64,000 bases of DNA, taken from NCBI GenBank assembly GCA_964019335.1, contig OZ025699.1:1-64000 (forward strand). Direction: 5' to 3'. The notes beneath the pieces are model-generated. The model was not told where the DNA came from, did no database searches, and worked only from the letters and a program-made list of their open reading frames with translations. The position numbers and the translations under genes are program-made. Below are positions 59,673-64,000 of this stretch, piece after piece (positions within the stretch are counted from its first letter, which is position 1; every line of letters starts with the position of its first letter). This DNA is from Diplonema japonicum. Its lineage: Eukaryota > Protista > Euglenozoa: Diplonemea.

Positions 59673-61241
59673 GGCATCGTTTCAAAACCCCCCCCCCCAA
59701 AATGAGGCCAATTGACACTTTCAATATTTCTCTAAGTACTTTTTCCCAAAAAAAAAAATTCTACAACTTTCCCGGCCCAGATTAGGAAAGAAAACACCCC
59801 AGAAAATGGGAAAGTGAGTGTTACTGGTACCCAGAAAATTCAGTCCTAGGGGCAAAAATGGGTTTTTTCACTTTGCACAAATTCAGTAAAAGAGGGGGTG
59901 ACAAAAATGGATGCTTTTAAACTTGCTGTTGAGAAGCTAGGGGTAAAAAAAAATGGTATTCGGACCGAGAAAGGGTAAATGGGAACACCACGGTGATCAG
60001 GACACTCGCCACAGAGGTTTTTGAGAAGCTCAGTGGCAACGACTGTGCTGCACTAGTTTGTGGCGTAGTGTGTAAAGGGGAACTTCTAGCGGCACTTCTG
60101 CTATCATTTTCTGGTTGATTTAGTAGCCAACAAGACACCACACGGCGCCAATTGGTCAGAGGCATGAGGCTTGACCACATCACACATGATGAAATAAGGG
60201 CAGCTGGCCTTACTGTTGGAAAAGTCTTGTTCCACAGTAGCATGGGCACAGAAAAAAATAAAGAAAAAAATGGAGTGGATACTCTGGACTGACGGTGGGC
60301 GTCACTTTCGTGCAAAGGAATTTTGCTACTTTGTTCTTTTTGGTCTTCGTTATGTATATCCCGATCGGACGTTTTCCCTGTGGTTTCTGGGGGAGAAACA
60401 CGGCAAAAACAACAGGGACAGCCACTTTGGTGTGCTCTCTCGTGTTTTTTGGTTTTGGGTGCCTCGTTCCACAACAATTAAAACTGTGGAACAAATAGGT
60501 AACATCACCAATACGATACGGTGCGCCATGCATGTAGTTACTGATGTCTTTGGCCCGTATAAAAAGAAAATTCTTGAGTTTCCGGATTTTTCAGGTGCAT
60601 ATGAGCTCAGGAGCACACCGGAGGGTGTATTTGCTACGTGTGCGTCCACGAGCTAGAAAGAACTAAAGTACATCATCAAAGAACTCGCTGCAGACAGGGC
60701 AGAGAAAAGGCCCCCAGTCTAGGAATCTTGTGATGAGTATGAGGACGTTCTTGATAGCCTTCCCGGACTTGAAAAACGAGAAAGAATAGTAACCAAGTTA
60801 CAAAAATACTCGACACCCCATGACAAGCCCAAAGCACCAAGTACACCTACGAATGAGCCTCTTAAAACCCCCCAAAATGCGGTAGAAGGCCTAATAGTAT
60901 GAAAAAGAAATGAGGTCGCCCACTCAGCAGCAGAAGACTAGGAAATGAAGGTTTCCACTTCCAACATCATTTCAGCCACCTTCTAGTAGTGAGTTCCGCT
61001 ATTTCTTGCTATTGAAAGCATACTCTCTGACTTTACCAAAACTACTAAAACCCGATTTTGACCCTAAAACTGAATTTTTCATAGGTCAAAATAGCACTCT
61101 TGAGCGATTTCTGACCCGGGTTCTTTCCTAATATGGGCCGGGAAATATGGAGAATTTTTTTTAAAGGGGGCGGCATGCCCAAAGATGCAACGAAAGTGTC
61201 AATTGGCCTCATTTTTGGGGGGGGGGGTTTGAAATCGACCC
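59673..61241 (+). mobile_element. Degenerate DDE transposon with long TIRs (Sola-like)
   Basis: ~190-bp imperfect TIRs with core AAAATGAGGCCAATTGACACTTTC, and AAAT on both flanks. Transposase remnant WTDGGRHFRAKEF...FLGEKHGKNNRDSHFG at 60216-60656. Confidence 0.75.
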
Positions 61242-61277
61242 AAATGAAAAAAAAAAAAAAAAAAAAAAAAGAGACAT

Positions 61278-61915
61278 TTAAGGGTACCTGCGGTATGTGG
61301 CAGGACGCCTGAATAATAAATGCTCCAGCGTTCGCTTTTGAGCCCCGCATTTCTCACAGCTCCTTGAAGTGATGCCATTTTTCAAATCTTCAAGAGCTCG
61401 TGATGCCCTGTTCTTAAACGGTTTACGGTCACTTCTTCGTATCTATCAAGTCCGACAGATCTCTTTGGCGCCTCCTTGCCTTTCGTGACTCGTTGGTAAA
61501 CCGACGTTCTGTTTTTCATCTCCTTCTTGATGTTTTCCCTTGCCAGTTCCTGCAGGTGATTCTGTGCTGCCCCGAAGCTGAGCATTTGCGTGTACTCCTT
61601 CTTCGTGCCTTCGCTTGCAAGCTTGTCGGCGGTTTCGTTTCCGACTCCGCAGTGGCTTGGGATGTAGCAAAGGGTGAGATGGTTGTCGTTTTTCAAAATC
61701 TCGTGCAGCCGTAACACATATTGTGTTGATGATGTCCTCTTTCTGTCGGTTCGGACCTTGGCTCAACTTCTGCAGGCTTGACATCGAATCCGTCAGAAGG
61801 TTAATCTGCTTTCCTTTTGCCCCGATCTACAAAAGGTGCGACAGTGCTGTTTCGATGGCCGTGAGCTCCGCTTGAAAACTGACGCATATGCCGCTGCAGA
61901 CACCTCTTTCAATTC
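61278..61915 (-). mobile_element. Non-LTR retrotransposon 3' fragment (RNase H plus CCHC-like finger; ingi/I-like)
   Basis: Broken frames give SFQAELTAI, LTDSMSSL, YIPSHCGVGNETADKLA, RLRTGH and CEKCG...EHLL. Confidence 0.85.
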
Positions 61916-62893
61916 TCTCGAAACTAAGGGGGAAATACCGATGGAGGAAGCAACGTGCAGGCACAACAATGTCGGAGGTTACCGTGGACGGTGGAAAAAA
62001 AGTTAGTGGCTGCATAAGGGAAATTGTGGTGGCTACAGTAAAAAGTGGAAAAAAAAGTTGGAGGTTGAAGGCGACGGTGGAAAAATAGTTATTTGGTTAC
62101 CGTGGACGTTGTTTTTCTCTTTCTTTTCTTTTTATAAATTCCACTTCTTTTTCGACCTGCTAAGGCCGCACCGGCTTTGTCAAATCCCTGTGGCCCAGAA
62201 ATGAATGCCGTACACACAGAACGCGTGCGCAGCAAAATCTAAATAAGAAAAGTGCGTTCTAACTACGCAGCAAAATCTGGGAAAATGCGTACAGCCCCTT
62301 ACAGGTACAGGAAACGGATGAGAGGGGCGAATGGGAGTGCGGCACAAAAACGGATGGAAGAGAGGGTGGAAGGGTGGAAGGGCACATGCGATCCAAGTCT
62401 CTATCAGACGTTACTCTTCGTCATTGGGATCTAGAAGAGAACCTCCCGCTGACTGCGTGCAGGTGACATTCCGTTTGTTGACAAGAGAATCGGCTCTGTC
62501 ATCCCAATGGCCGGTCTTTGGGCTTCTCATCCCTGAACCATGCCCACCGAGCAAAATCTAAGTGCGAATTCGAATAACGCGTACGTACGGTGGTACGCCG
62601 ACAACGTGGCCCTGGGAGGGGGGGGAGGGGGGGGAACAAGCAGATGGTGTAAAAGTAAATGAAATGAGAGAAACGAGAGCGGCACTGAAAATCGAAGTAA
62701 GAGAACGAGAACGGAAAACATTCAGGCTTTTAAACCAAAAGGGTGGTGCTTTTAGTAATGTCTGGGGGGAAACCCAAATAAGAGAACGAGAAAGAAGAAT
62801 AAGAAAAAAGGAGGGAAAGGGGGGGCTTATCTCTTGAAAAAAAACAGTGGGCACCCCTTACCCTTTGATGTCAAGCTGTATTATTCTCTGCTA

Positions 62894-63874
62894 TCAATAC
62901 GGTGACGCCCCCTTTTTTTCGATGTAAAACTTGGTCAAAGCAGTGGCAATGAGCAACATTACACCAGTAGCACCGAACCAAGCAATGCAAATGTTACGCC
63001 ACTGGTCATCCTTGTACCCCGTGATCTTGTCCACGTACTGTTGGGTCTGAAACCTGCTCTGAGAGTTGAACTCCATCATGTGATGGAAGCGAGAGGGCCC
63101 GGAGTAGGGAATCTTATCCCGCTGCTCAGACTCCAAGTACTCCGACTGAGCCAACTTCCTGATGATGGTGAACGCCGCATTCTGTTGGAACCCACAGTCC
63201 TGCGCGGTAGGGTCATTTGCAATGCACCCAGCATAAACAGGAGGGTCGAACTTGCACCCTTTCACGCTTCCAGTGTACACAATCGGGGCGGAAACCCATG
63301 AGCTGCCACGCTCCGACTTCACTGACTTCCTGCCCCAGTCAAGGCCCCATTCCTCATCGACTAAAGTGTAGTATGTGATGTTCGTTTTGATGGTCAAAGC
63401 GGAGGGGTTAGGTGCGATGTGGCAGCCGATAAGGGCCTCCCCGCCTGACGCCAGAGACCTCTCAGCCAGCTCCAGCTGCCTCCATGACAAGTTCGGTTCC
63501 AAGAACCCCATTGTTGCCATTGTGACATAGAATGCGAGGGCACAGCCACAGCTGAAGAACAGAGCCACATTATGGTCATCTATGAGCACAATGGTCGGCA
63601 GCAGGCACACGACAACCCACCCCAAACCCCCAAACCAGTTGTAGTACTGGATCGTAGTATTGTAGTCCCGGTCTGTTTCTTCTGCAGGTGCCGTAGAGAG
63701 GTGTGCGGTTATCCCCGCATCATGTGTGGTCGTCTCTACGCGGCGGTTGGCAATGGTCTCCGTCAACAATATCTGGCGTCCGATCACCTCCTCCAGGTGC
63801 ACGTTCAGCATCATTATACACGTCCACCAGACCCACACCAAGATCAACACTCCGAAAGCAGCACAGGGCTTCAT
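62894..63874 (-). CDS. Four-TM family protein, copy 6
   Basis: Intact 326-aa ORF, duplicate of copy 4. Confidence 0.85.
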   Translation of the reverse strand: MKPCAAFGVLILVWVWWTCIMMLNVHLEEVIGRQILLTETIANRRVETTTHDAGITAHLSTAPAEETDRDYNTTIQYYNWFGGLGWVVVCLLPTIVLIDDHNVALFFSCGCALAFYVTMATMGFLEPNLSWRQLELAERSLASGGEALIGCHIAPNPSALTIKTNITYYTLVDEEWGLDWGRKSVKSERGSSWVSAPIVYTGSVKGCKFDPPVYAGCIANDPTAQDCGFQQNAAFTIIRKLAQSEYLESEQRDKIPYSGPSRFHHMMEFNSQSRFQTQQYVDKITGYKDDQWRNICIAWFGATGVMLLIATALTKFYIEKKGASPY

Positions 63875-64000
63875 CTTCCTTGTCTCCTTTTTCTTTTTGT
63901 CTTGCCTGTTGTATTTTTTTTTTCTTTTCTGATGTGATGAAGAATGAACTTTTTGGTTTCTTCATGAACCACCCTGCCCTGACTATGATGCCGTGAGCGT

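Overview
Eukaryotic, gene-sparse, TE-rich window. Every credible gene is intronless and on the minus strand, with long U/pyrimidine-rich spacers on that strand. This fits a euglenozoan polycistronic unit, possibly a diplonemid (inference, not proven). Single-copy genes: a PA/LamG receptor with a degenerate class III cyclase domain, a motorless dynein-tail-like protein, an ABCA transporter, a Ubl-ankyrin protein and a kinase-LRR protein. Two tandem families dominate: six secreted (SGSDSR)n proteins with a near-invariant Cys-rich C-terminal domain (8.5-29.5 kb), and six four-TM proteins with constant blocks and a hypervariable loop (38-64 kb). Mobile DNA includes a piggyBac nested in a Sola-like MITE (both with empty paralogous sites in the window) that carries an apparent SK-channel fragment, a 5'-truncated Penelope-like RT fused to a Josephin-like protease, two hammerhead-like motifs with covarying stems, a Sola-like DDE remnant, LINE RNase H remnants and several MITEs. 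The best leads are the RT-Josephin element with hammerheads, the SGSDSR protein array, and codon-position-specific hypervariability in the kinase-LRR repeats.
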